From an uncultured Planctomycetia bacterium (GTDB lineage: Bacteria > Omnitrophota > Gorgyraeia > B26-G9), in the NCBI GenBank assembly GCA_964437495.1, contig CAYTGV010000005.1, positions 759 to 64,758 on the forward strand: 64,000 bases of DNA, written 5' to 3'. The notes beneath the pieces are model-generated. The model was not told where the DNA came from. It did no database searches and was given only the letters and a program-made list of their open reading frames with translations. Numbering within the stretch: position 1 is the stretch's first letter; the number at the start of each line of letters is the position of its first letter. Positions 52,549-62,954 of the stretch are shown piece after piece. The translations under genes and the position numbers were made by a program.

Positions 52549-52961
52549 ATTAAAAAAATCCTTCACCTATCTCCAATCAACCTTTACCAAATATCTAAAT
52601 TGCTTGTTCCAACAAATACCTTACTTCTACTTTTTCTTTAAACTCATTCATTTACAGAGTTTTGCGAATTTACTAAAATTTCTGATCCCTTCTGCAACTG
52701 GACTTCTCTCACAATAAAATTTTAAGAAGAATCCCCCTTATGTGAAAAAGGTATAAAAGTATACCATAAGTTTTTATTCTTTGCAAATTAATCCAATGCT
52801 TTATCTTATTGATTTTAAATAAGTTATGTGTGTTTTTATGGAAAGTTTTTAAATGAGTTTTAAAGAAGACCAGATTTCAGTCTATCGAAAGGCACAAATT
52901 AAAATTAACCATCCCTCCCCCTTCATAGGGTTAGGAATGGTTAATACTTATAACTATTTGA

Positions 52962-54935
52962 TTATTCAACAGTAACGCTTTTTGCCAGGTTTCTCGGCTG
53001 ATCAACATCACAGCCTAAGCCCACGGCGATCTGATATGCAAGAAACTGAAGCGGCAGAGCAATAAGCAAAGGGGAGAAAAAATCGTCAATCTCAGGTATT
53101 TCAATAATATAATCTGAATATTCCCTCCTGCTTATCTCCTTATCGCCTTTTGTGGCAATAGAAAGAACAGTGCCTTTTCGTGCCTTTATTTCTCTGATAT
53201 TTGAAAGCATTTTTTCATACACTTCCGACTTTGTGGCTATACATACAACCAAAGGGAATTCATCAATAAGTGCTATCGGCCCATGTTTCATTTCACCAGC
53301 AGGATAACCTTCAGCGCTTATATATGTTATCTCTTTTAATTTTAGGGCTCCTTCCAAGGCACTGGGGTAATTCACATTACGCCCTAAATATAAAAACGGA
53401 AAATCCCCAAAACGCCGGCCATAAGTAGAATGCGAAAGTCTTGCCCATTTCTTAGCATATTCAAGCGCTTTTTTAGGATTTTTAAACTGTACGATATCGT
53501 CTTCGAGAAACTTAAACTGCTCCGCAAGACGGTAATGATAGCGATTTACATATTCAAAAGCAATCTTTTTTACTTTTTTTTGATTTTTTATAATATCTTG
53601 CATAAGAGCAGGTATTGTTTTCATTTTGTCTGTATAGCTAGAAAGCTGTTTATTAGTAATTGTTCCTTTGATCCCTGACAGATATAAGCCCAACAAATAA
53701 AAGGTCATCAGCTGTGCCGTATATGCCTTTGTCGAGGCAACGGAAATTTCCGGGCCTGCCAGCGTATATATAACCCCGTCTGATTCCCGGGCAATTGAAC
53801 TGCCTACAACATTACAAATCGAGAGTATCTTTGCTCCCTTGTCTTTTGCCGCACGCAAACTGGCTAATGTGTCCGCAGTCTCCCCGGATTGACTGACCGG
53901 GATAATCAGGGTTTTATTCTTAGTAATAATCTGCTGGCGATATCTGAACTCACTGGATGTATCAACATTAATAGGAACATGGAGCATTTTTTCTAAAATA
54001 TATTTACCGCATAGCCCGGCATGATAAGCCGTCCCGCAGGCAATTATCTGAATGTTTGTTATATTTTTCAGCTGACTACGGGATAGATTAATATTTTCAA
54101 AAGCAATGGCCTTTGACTTTATACGATTCCTTAGAATGCGCTCCATCACATGCGGCTGCTCTTCTATTTCTTTTAGCATAAAATGCGCGTATCCCGCTTT
54201 TTCAGCACTAGCAGCATTCCAGTTTATTCTAACCTTCTTTTTTTTGATCTCTTTGCACTTTTGATTAAATACTTTAACTTCGCTTTTACTTATCTTTGCA
54301 ATTTCATTATTATCCAAATATATGATATCTCGAGTATGTGATAGTATCGCCGGAACATCTGAAGCAATAAAATTTTCTCCTTTACCTAGGCCTACGATCA
54401 GAGGACTATCTTTACGGGCCGCAATAAGCACATCAGGTTCATGTAAAGAGATCACTCCCAACGCGAAGCTTCCCTTAAGATATCCTATTGTGCGGCAAAC
54501 AGCAGCCAGCAGATCTCCTTTATAAAGTTTTTCCACTAAATGCGCAATCACCTCTGTATCTGTTTGAGAGGAAAACTTGTGGCCTTCTGCTTTTAGTTTT
54601 ATCTTCAATTCATGATGGTTTTCAATAATGCCGTTATGGACCACAAGGAAATTTTTTGTATTCCCGTAATGCGGATGGGCATTTACCTCATTGGGCTCGC
54701 CATGAGTTGCCCAGCGGGTATGGCCAATACCAAGATGCCCTGCGACATGACGATCTATGAGGCAATCAGACAGGACCTTAAATTTTCCCGCCCTTTTAAG
54801 AAGATAAAGCCGCTTTCTTTTATCAATTATTGCAATCCCGGCTGAGTCATACCCTCTATATTCTAGAGAGCGAAGGCCTTTGATAAGTATTGTTGCTGAG
54901 TTTCTATTTCCGATATATCCTACAATCCCGCACAT
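52962..54935 (-). CDS. glmS: Glucosamine--fructose-6-phosphate aminotransferase, with an insertion
   Basis: MCGIVG, GHTRWATHG, SQSGETADT, QPRNLAKSVTVE. Confidence 0.98.
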   Translation of the reverse strand: MCGIVGYIGNRNSATILIKGLRSLEYRGYDSAGIAIIDKRKRLYLLKRAGKFKVLSDCLIDRHVAGHLGIGHTRWATHGEPNEVNAHPHYGNTKNFLVVHNGIIENHHELKIKLKAEGHKFSSQTDTEVIAHLVEKLYKGDLLAAVCRTIGYLKGSFALGVISLHEPDVLIAARKDSPLIVGLGKGENFIASDVPAILSHTRDIIYLDNNEIAKISKSEVKVFNQKCKEIKKKKVRINWNAASAEKAGYAHFMLKEIEEQPHVMERILRNRIKSKAIAFENINLSRSQLKNITNIQIIACGTAYHAGLCGKYILEKMLHVPINVDTSSEFRYRQQIITKNKTLIIPVSQSGETADTLASLRAAKDKGAKILSICNVVGSSIARESDGVIYTLAGPEISVASTKAYTAQLMTFYLLGLYLSGIKGTITNKQLSSYTDKMKTIPALMQDIIKNQKKVKKIAFEYVNRYHYRLAEQFKFLEDDIVQFKNPKKALEYAKKWARLSHSTYGRRFGDFPFLYLGRNVNYPSALEGALKLKEITYISAEGYPAGEMKHGPIALIDEFPLVVCIATKSEVYEKMLSNIREIKARKGTVLSIATKGDKEISRREYSDYIIEIPEIDDFFSPLLIALPLQFLAYQIAVGLGCDVDQPRNLAKSVTVE

Positions 54936-55023
54936 AAATGCTCCTTCGTCGCGTCACAAGCTACAAGTAATAATTCTTAAGTTAATTTTATTATTCTAAT
55001 ATCCCCAAGTGGTGTGAACAATC

Positions 55024-55155
55024 CAAGAACTGGGAATAACTGTTTTAGCGGATTAGGTACGCCGATTTTACAGGATGTGAAAAATAGGCGACCGTCCTCG
55101 CAGTTTTACATGGATGTAAAACGAGAATGAGCTAAAATAGTTTTCTCAGATCTTG
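55024..55155 (+). repeat. Structured ~130-nt element, family A copy 3
   Basis: Best-preserved copy; hairpins TTTTACAGGATGTGAAAA and GTTTTACATGGATGTAAAAC. Confidence 0.8.
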
Positions 55156-55194
55156 CTACTAAACTAAACCAAAAGCGTTAGTATATCCTAAAAC

Positions 55195-56313
55195 TCATAT
55201 TCTCTTATAAACTATGTTTCCGTTTACTATTGTCATCCTACATTTAAAATCTTTATCAAAAATAACAATATCGGCGTCATAACCTTTTGAAATTACTCCC
55301 TTTATGTTATCAACGCCGATGATTTTTGCCGGATTAAGACTAGCCATCCCAACCGCCTGAGTAATTGAAACTCCACACAAGTATACCATATTTTTCACAG
55401 CCTGCAACAAATTCAGCTTACTTCCTGCGATGGTAAAATTTTCCATACGGTAAACACCCTCGATTATCTCTAAAGACTTCGTATCCATAGCTGCCACAGA
55501 ATCGCTTACCAAAACGATCTTGTCAGCCAATTTGCATTTCACTAAAAGCCTAAGATTATCCGGATGCACATGATGCGTATCAGCAATAACCTCTGCGGAA
55601 ATTCGGTCATCAAGCAAAACCTGGGTAATAACGCCCGGATTCCTGGAAGAAATCCCACTCATGCGATTAAAAACATGCGTGGTATATAAACACCCTTGGT
55701 CTATTGCTTTTTTTGTCTGCTCAATGCTTGCATCTGTATGCCCGATTGCCGCAACAATTTTATTTTTCCTTAACATCTTTATTAAGGATATACTATTTTT
55801 AAGCTCAGGGGCTATTGTTATTATCCTGATCTTTCCAGGCGCTTTTTTAACCCATAACTTTACTGCCCGAATATCAGGATCTATAACAAACTGCTTAGGC
55901 TGCGCTCCAGCCATAACTTTGTTTATGAAAGGACCTTCAAGATGAACGCCCAGGCATTTTGAACCTTTTAGCAAAGGATCAGGTAAAACAGACAATGACT
56001 TTGAAAATTGATTCAGACTTCTTGTTTGAAGACTATTTAAAAAACCTGTCACCCCATATTTTGCCTGCATCATGGATATTTTATTTATATCACCATGTAT
56101 ATGAAGATCAATAAACCCCGGAGCCACATAGGCTGATGCAGCATTTATATACTCAGTGTTTCTTAAAATCGGTTTTACCCCTCTACCGATCTTTATTATC
56201 TTATTACCATTAATATTTATCCAAGAATTATTTACAATCTTATCCCCGCTTATCAAGCGAGAATTATGGATTAGTATTGATCTATGTTTTTGGCGAAGAT
56301 GGGTTTTGTTTAT
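55195..56313 (-). CDS. nagA: N-acetylglucosamine-6-phosphate deacetylase (start uncertain)
   Basis: PGFIDLHIHG, HLEGPF, GHTDA, THVFN, IAGS. Confidence 0.92.
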   Translation of the reverse strand: MNKTHLRQKHRSILIHNSRLISGDKIVNNSWININGNKIIKIGRGVKPILRNTEYINAASAYVAPGFIDLHIHGDINKISMMQAKYGVTGFLNSLQTRSLNQFSKSLSVLPDPLLKGSKCLGVHLEGPFINKVMAGAQPKQFVIDPDIRAVKLWVKKAPGKIRIITIAPELKNSISLIKMLRKNKIVAAIGHTDASIEQTKKAIDQGCLYTTHVFNRMSGISSRNPGVITQVLLDDRISAEVIADTHHVHPDNLRLLVKCKLADKIVLVSDSVAAMDTKSLEIIEGVYRMENFTIAGSKLNLLQAVKNMVYLCGVSITQAVGMASLNPAKIIGVDNIKGVISKGYDADIVIFDKDFKCRMTIVNGNIVYKRI

Positions 56314-56315
56314 TT

Positions 56316-57890
56316 TTACCTGAATAATTTTTCCAGCCCTTTTTTAATTTGATTCTGAATTTCAGATTCTCCTGCGGAGCTATCTCCCCCCTTGTCCAAT
56401 AAACTCTTAATCCCTGTTTTTATTAGATCTTGTGTGGGAAAAATCATTTTGTATTTCAAATGCTCAAGCCTGTCATAAACCCTTACCTTAGGCAGCGGCA
56501 CGCTTGTTCCTGCTTCAATTGTTGCCAGGAAATCAACATATTGTTCTAGATCAATATACCCCTTACCAGATATGGTTGCCTCAGCAGCGCTCAGAATAAG
56601 ATCCTGAGTTTGTAATTTCCCATCACTAAGTGTAAAAGTTGCTGAGGCCTGCTCTATATTCATATCAGCAAGTTTAGCAATATTAAGAGAATTAGCCACT
56701 TTGGAAAAATTTGACGGCATTTTCACCTTACCGTTCATTAATTCAACTGATCCTTGTCCCTTTAGGCTATTTAAATCCACTGCCGGTCCAGAAATCTCAA
56801 CATGGGCCCGAACAGCACCTTGCCCCATATTCAGCCCTATTAAATCCTCTATGAGCATTTCTATTTCAATCCCCTGCAGATCTATTAAAGCTTTTACCGG
56901 CAAGTCTTTACTAAAAATTTCCGCTTCCGCCGTTCCTGTAATTTTCCCGCTGTAAAAATCACCATCTAGATCAGAAAGGTTAAGCTTTCCGTTTCGAAGC
57001 TTAATATCTGCTTTTAATCCTGTAACTTTTATTTTTTCTACTGCTACATTATTAAGCTCTATCTTTGCATCCGCAATCAAGTTATTTATCACAGCCATCG
57101 CACCTTTACACTCTGCAGTTATTTTACAATCTCCCGCAAGAGCCGGAAGCTGAACTCCAGAGAGCAAATCCGGGATATTTTCGAGCTTTATAAGTCCATC
57201 AAAAGTTAAAGCAATATTAGGCTTTTCAAAATCTGATACTGTCCCTTTTATGGAAAGATTTGTCTTCATATAATCAATATTAAACTTTCTGATATTTATG
57301 TCTTTTTTATCATAATCACCCTTAACAAAGATATTCAATATTTGAGCGCCTATAGTGGCAGTTATATTTTCGCTTGCAAAATCCCTTTGCGAACAAATAA
57401 TTCTGCCTTTTATATTTGTTATCTCTCCTGTTTCTTTAATACCCTTAACACTTATATCAGCAAGATCAACTACTGCAGAAAATTTCACATCATCTTTTCC
57501 TTTAATATTAATATCAATGTCTATTTTGCCACCACCCTGCGCCTCTAAATCAGCCTGCTTAAACACAAGACCCTTTATCACTAATTTTAATTTTGCTGAA
57601 AAAGCATTATTACTTATAGCCGGGATCGACTTTAGTCCAAGATCAATAGTACTAACCGATAAAAAAAGGCTATTATCCGGATTTAATATTTCCACATCAG
57701 AAAAAAGCACACCTTTGATAGGAAAATAAGCAGCCTTTCTCACCCGAACATTCTTTCCCAGATTCTCCTCCAAAAAGTTTATGACAATTGGTTTCAAATG
57801 CTTGGGAATATATATATAATTTAAGTAGATAAAAACACCGCCGAGTAAACTGATCAGTACAATTAAGCTAATAATCACGATTTTTTTCAT
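56316..57890 (-). CDS. AsmA-like/DUF748-type protein
   Basis: N-terminal TM, beta-taco pattern (FYSGKITG, G.G.IDL). Confidence 0.75.
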   Translation of the reverse strand: MKKIVIISLIVLISLLGGVFIYLNYIYIPKHLKPIVINFLEENLGKNVRVRKAAYFPIKGVLFSDVEILNPDNSLFLSVSTIDLGLKSIPAISNNAFSAKLKLVIKGLVFKQADLEAQGGGKIDIDINIKGKDDVKFSAVVDLADISVKGIKETGEITNIKGRIICSQRDFASENITATIGAQILNIFVKGDYDKKDINIRKFNIDYMKTNLSIKGTVSDFEKPNIALTFDGLIKLENIPDLLSGVQLPALAGDCKITAECKGAMAVINNLIADAKIELNNVAVEKIKVTGLKADIKLRNGKLNLSDLDGDFYSGKITGTAEAEIFSKDLPVKALIDLQGIEIEMLIEDLIGLNMGQGAVRAHVEISGPAVDLNSLKGQGSVELMNGKVKMPSNFSKVANSLNIAKLADMNIEQASATFTLSDGKLQTQDLILSAAEATISGKGYIDLEQYVDFLATIEAGTSVPLPKVRVYDRLEHLKYKMIFPTQDLIKTGIKSLLDKGGDSSAGESEIQNQIKKGLEKLFR

Positions 57891-58067
57891 CACCGTCTCC
57901 CTGGGATAATCCTCTTAAATAAGCTGGATTATATCTAATTACAACAATTATTGATTATCACAAATATTAATTTCTAAAAGTAGTTCGCTGTGGTCAAGTT
58001 TGTAATCTCTGAAATCAAGACATCCTACCATTTTTTTGCCATAGGATACCTTTAGTCATTTAGCTCT

Positions 58068-58991
58068 CTAATCGTTAGAGAAAGAAAACAATCCTTTCCA
58101 AAATTTCTTTTTTTGCTTATTTCTTATAACTTGAGCTATCTGTTCTCTTGCCTTATTCGCTGCTACTTCACCTGCTTTAATACACAAATTTGCCTTTGAA
58201 AAAGTTGCCCAGCTAATATTGCCCACTTCTGGATAAATTATTACATCCGCGCCCCTTAGTCTAATATTGCTCAAATGCCAGGCCCGTATAGCATCTCCTT
58301 GAAACATTATATCTAAGCCATTACCTAATTTCTTAGTATAATCTACATGGGCTTCAACCCCAACAGCAATAACAATATCCGCGCCCATAGCTCTTGCTGC
58401 ATCAACCGGCACGCTACCGATTATCCCCCCATCAACAAGTAAGCGTTTTCCGCGCTTAACAGGAGGGAAAACACCCGGCAATGATGATGAGGCCAAAACA
58501 GCCTCCTTGATGCTTCCTTTAGACAAGGTCACTTCATCTCCTGTACGTAAATCTACACATGTACAGCAAAAGGGTATTTTAATTTTTTTAAAATCAGTGT
58601 CTATATCAAGATTATCAAAGATCCAGGCAATATCTTTAACGCTAAAAACCCATCTTTTTATTGCCCTTACATTAACTAGCACCATCTGCTTGACAAAAGA
58701 AAATAAAGAGTTAATAATAAGCTTCTTCTCATCTGAAGGAGAATAACCGCTTATTAATTGCTCAATGGCCCTTACTTCCTTTCGCTCCAGCATACCCATC
58801 ATACGTCTTTCAATAGCATTGATATTCGGATTTAATGCATACTGTGCTCCGATCATTGCTCCCATGCTAGTGCCTGCGATCATGTCAATCTGCACACCCT
58901 GCGCTTGCAAAGCTCTTATTATTCCAATATGCGCTACGCCGCGCACTCCGCCTCCGCCTAAAGCTAGCGCTACTTTTACTTTCCTTGCCAT
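58068..58991 (-). CDS. Patatin-like phospholipase
   Basis: GGGGVRG, GTSMG, DGG. Confidence 0.94.
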   Translation of the reverse strand: MARKVKVALALGGGGVRGVAHIGIIRALQAQGVQIDMIAGTSMGAMIGAQYALNPNINAIERRMMGMLERKEVRAIEQLISGYSPSDEKKLIINSLFSFVKQMVLVNVRAIKRWVFSVKDIAWIFDNLDIDTDFKKIKIPFCCTCVDLRTGDEVTLSKGSIKEAVLASSSLPGVFPPVKRGKRLLVDGGIIGSVPVDAARAMGADIVIAVGVEAHVDYTKKLGNGLDIMFQGDAIRAWHLSNIRLRGADVIIYPEVGNISWATFSKANLCIKAGEVAANKAREQIAQVIRNKQKKKFWKGLFSFSND

Positions 58992-59073
58992 AAATTTCCT
59001 TTCTTTATCTAAAATAAGTTAAATATATTGTAAAACTATCAGAAGGATAAGTCAATAAGAGGTTTAGGTGAAT

Positions 59074-59337
59074 TCATAGCAAATCCGGCAATTCAATATT
59101 ACCGGCTATTAAAGCCAACTTCTTTGCCCTTGGCCACCCCTTGATTTGAGCCTCAGATTTCAAGGCATTTGATTTACTCTGGCATTGTTTACTAAATACA
59201 AGCTTTACGGGAAGATGCGCTCTGGTATACTTACTTGCCTTAGCCTGATTATGCAAATCCAACCTGCGATTTAAATCATTTGTAATCCCAGTGTATAAAC
59301 TGCCCCCTTTGCATTTTAATATATAAATATGCCACAT
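59074..59337 (-). CDS. Small GIY-YIG nuclease (YazA/UPF0213-like)
   Basis: IYILKC..GSLYTGIT.DL.RR..HN, E.QIKGW.R.KK. Confidence 0.92.
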   Translation of the reverse strand: MWHIYILKCKGGSLYTGITNDLNRRLDLHNQAKASKYTRAHLPVKLVFSKQCQSKSNALKSEAQIKGWPRAKKLALIAGNIELPDLL

Positions 59338-59419
59338 GGAAACATTATAACATGAGAAAAAACTTTAAGGCAGATTAATTAGTTGTGGAGGGAATATGAA
59401 CCGTTGTTTCCGCCACAAA

Positions 59420-59684
59420 GTATGGCGTCCGCTAAAAACACTTGGTCTACACTACGCATCCCCAGGGGGTCGTTTCCTCCTTTGCCAAAGGCTACGTAGG
59501 ACAGCTTCGCTAAAAAACAGCTATGGTGGGCAAGCCGCACTTGAGCCGACCTGTCCTCCGTAGCTTTAGCAAAGGAGGATAAGGGAGAAACAATCTTTCT
59601 TCCTATAACCCTTTTTTTGGGTTCAAATCCCCTGGGGACGCCTACAAAAAAATAGACCACTCTAAAAAGAGTGGCCTTATTTTT
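59420..59684. repeat. Inverted tRNA-Glu 3'-end copy, REP palindromes and terminator
   Basis: GGGTTCAAATCCCCTGGGGACGCC (59619-59642) inverted relative to the tRNA; REP copies 59476-59580; hairpin 59647-59684. Confidence 0.75.
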
Positions 59685-59762
59685 TGGCGTCCCCAAGGGG
59701 ATTTGAACCCCTGTCGACAGATCGAAAATCTGTTGTCCTGGACCAGGCTAGACGATGGGGAC
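59685..59762 (-). tRNA. tRNA-Glu(TTC)
   Basis: GTCCCCA/TGGGGAC-GCCA, loop TTTTCGA. Confidence 0.94.
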
Positions 59763-59849
59763 ATAATAGTTTAAAGTTTTAAGCCTTTAAGGTCCAAAGT
59801 ACTATGTTGAATACTTTTTACTTTTAACTTTTTACTTTTAACTTAATAG

Positions 59850-59925
59850 TGGTGAGCCGCCTTGGTCTCGAACCAAGCACAACCGCCTTAAAAGGGCGGT
59901 GCTCTACCAGATGAGCTAGCGGCCC
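59850..59925 (-). tRNA. tRNA-Lys(TTT)
   Basis: GGGCCGC/GCGGCTC-ACCA, loop CTTTTAA. Confidence 0.95.
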
Positions 59926-59950
59926 ACTATATCTTAAAGGAAATCTAAAA

Positions 59951-60511
59951 CTAGACCTCCATTATGTCGTTTTCTTTTTTCTTTGAAAGAACTTCTAAAT
60001 CTTTAATGCATTTATCTGTAAGCTTTTGGATATCATCCTGAGCATTGAAACTTGCATCTTCTGTGATAGTACTGTTTTTTTCCGCCAACTTTATGTTTTC
60101 GTTTGCTTCACGACGCACAGCCCGTATCGCAACCCGTCCTTCTTCAGTAAGTCTGTGTACTACTTTAACAAGCTCCGCGCGTCTTTCCTTTGTTAATGGC
60201 GGAACGCTCAAGCGAATAACTTTTCCATCATTTGAAGGAGGAATACCCAGTTCAGATTTTTGAATAGCTTTTTCAATAGCACCTATACTTGATATATCCC
60301 AAGGCTGAATAACAATTAGTCTTGCCTCAGGAGTGGACATACCCGCAAGCTGCTTTAATGGTGTCGATGTACCGTAATAATCCACACGCAGCCCCTCAAC
60401 TAAACTGGTACTGGCTCTGCCTGTGCGAACAGTACTAAAATCACGTGCGCAAACCTCTATTGACTTTTTCATTTTATCTTCAGCTTGATTAATTATTTCA
60501 TTAACTGCCAT
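59951..60511 (-). CDS. frr: Ribosome recycling factor
   Basis: RTGRAS, YYGT.TPL, PPLTKERR. Confidence 0.98.
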   Translation of the reverse strand: MAVNEIINQAEDKMKKSIEVCARDFSTVRTGRASTSLVEGLRVDYYGTSTPLKQLAGMSTPEARLIVIQPWDISSIGAIEKAIQKSELGIPPSNDGKVIRLSVPPLTKERRAELVKVVHRLTEEGRVAIRAVRREANENIKLAEKNSTITEDASFNAQDDIQKLTDKCIKDLEVLSKKKENDIMEV

Positions 60512-60554
60512 ACATGCCTCCTAAACGATTTTTTTCGCCAGGTTAAAGTCCGAT

Positions 60555-61304
<750 letters not shown>

Positions 61305-61330
61305 TTAAATTTATTCAGAATAAAAAAAGG

Positions 61331-61924
61331 TTACAAATCTTCGCCTAATTGATAACGGGCAAATCTGCGGATTTTGATATTCTCACCAATTTTCGCTATT
61401 ATAGAATTCAAGTAATCCTTTATCTTTATTTTATCGTCCTTAACATAAGGCTGCTCTAAAAGACAGACTTCTGAATAAAATTTATTTATTTTGCCTGCGA
61501 TCATCTTCTCTATCACATTTGCCGGTTTATTGCCTGCCTGAGCAATAATGATCTCTTTTTCCTTTTCTACCAATTCTGCGGGAACCTGCTCTGGCTCAAG
61601 AAACTCAGGATTAGCTGCCGCGATCTGCATGGCAACATCTTTAACAAACTGCTGGAATTGTTCGTTTTTAGCAACAAAATCAGTTTCACAGTTAACCTCA
61701 ACAAGTACGCCGATCTTCCCACCAAGATGTATATAAGACTCAATCAGCCCCTCTTTGGCAGCCTTGCCGGCTCTTTTTGCTGCTACAGCCAGACCTTTCT
61801 TACGCAGTTCTGCAATTGACTTTTCTATATCACCACCAGTTTCAATAAGTGCTTTTTTACAATCCATAAATCCGGCATTAGTTTTTTCTCTAAGTGATTT
61901 AATTTGATCAGCTGTTACACTCAT
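61331..61924 (-). CDS. tsf: Elongation factor Ts (short form)
   Basis: LREKTNAGFMDCKKAL, NCETDFV. Confidence 0.98.
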   Translation of the reverse strand: MSVTADQIKSLREKTNAGFMDCKKALIETGGDIEKSIAELRKKGLAVAAKRAGKAAKEGLIESYIHLGGKIGVLVEVNCETDFVAKNEQFQQFVKDVAMQIAAANPEFLEPEQVPAELVEKEKEIIIAQAGNKPANVIEKMIAGKINKFYSEVCLLEQPYVKDDKIKIKDYLNSIIAKIGENIKIRRFARYQLGEDL

Positions 61925-61926
61925 TA

Positions 61927-62802
61927 CTATTCCTTCCCTTTTGCTTTCGACGTCTTTTTCTTTACTGAAGTTGTTTCCTTTTTCGCCTTTTCAGATTTCT
62001 TTTTTACAGTCTGCCCTTTACTGACATCCTTTGCTTCTTTAGCTACTTCTTTAGCTACTTCTTTAGCTACTTCTTTAGCTGCTTCTTTAGAAACAGAAGC
62101 TTCACTTTTTCTAGTCTTTACATAATTACTGTTGCCTTCAATAATCGCCTCAGCAATAGCAGCTGCCACAAGTCTAACTGATTTTATCGCATCATCGTTT
62201 CCCGGGATAACATAATCAATGACATCAGGATCCGAATTAGTATCAACTAATGCGACTATTGGTATCTTTAAGCGACGCGCTTCTTTTACCGCGGTTTCTT
62301 CTTTTTTAATATCTACAACAAAAAGAGCGCCGGGAAGTTTGTCCATATTTCTGATTCCACCTAAATTTTTCAGAAGTTTTAACATTTCCTTAGTATAAAT
62401 AGCAACTTCCTTTTTCTTCAGCTTATCAAAAGTCCCATCATCGCGCATAGTTTCAAGCTTCTCCAAGCGCTTAATGCTATTTCGAATAGTTCCAAAATTT
62501 GTCAAAGTTCCGCCCAACCAGCGTTGATCTACATAGAACATTTCACAACGGTTTGCCTCGTCAACAATTGCTTGTTGAGCCTGTTTCTTTGTACCGACAA
62601 AAAGAACATATTCACCACTAGACGCAATACCATTTAGAAAATCACAGCCAGCCTTAAGCTCCTTTTCTGTTTTTTCCAGATTGATAATATAAATACCATT
62701 CCGTTCGCCAAAAATATAACGAGCCATTTTAGGATTCCAACGCCTTGTCTGGTGCCCAAAATGCACCCCTGACTCCAATAACTGTTTGATTGAAACTGCC
62801 AA
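61927..62802 (-). CDS. rpsB: 30S ribosomal protein S2 (TTG start, Lys/Glu-rich tail)
   Basis: [28 protein letters not shown]. Confidence 0.98.
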   Translation of the reverse strand: MAVSIKQLLESGVHFGHQTRRWNPKMARYIFGERNGIYIINLEKTEKELKAGCDFLNGIASSGEYVLFVGTKKQAQQAIVDEANRCEMFYVDQRWLGGTLTNFGTIRNSIKRLEKLETMRDDGTFDKLKKKEVAIYTKEMLKLLKNLGGIRNMDKLPGALFVVDIKKEETAVKEARRLKIPIVALVDTNSDPDVIDYVIPGNDDAIKSVRLVAAAIAEAIIEGNSNYVKTRKSEASVSKEAAKEVAKEVAKEVAKEAKDVSKGQTVKKKSEKAKKETTSVKKKTSKAKGKE

Positions 62803-62954
62803 ATTAATCCTCCTTTTTAATATTCTATAAACAACTGGATATAAATCTTTTTTTTAAACGTTAAAATACTATATCATATTATTGTATTAATACAAGTTTT
62901 TTTTACATTTTCTCCGAAATGCCTAAATCTGTCCCTCTGGCAACCCCCCATATC

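Noticed and set aside
54936-55194. Possible glmS ribozyme upstream of glmS
   Set aside because: No glmS ribozyme core found; the structure belongs to repeat family A, also occurs at two unrelated loci, and folds best on the opposite strand.
59379-59696. 105-aa ORF
   Set aside because: Overlaps the tRNA-Glu end and reads through palindromic repeats; no protein-like features.
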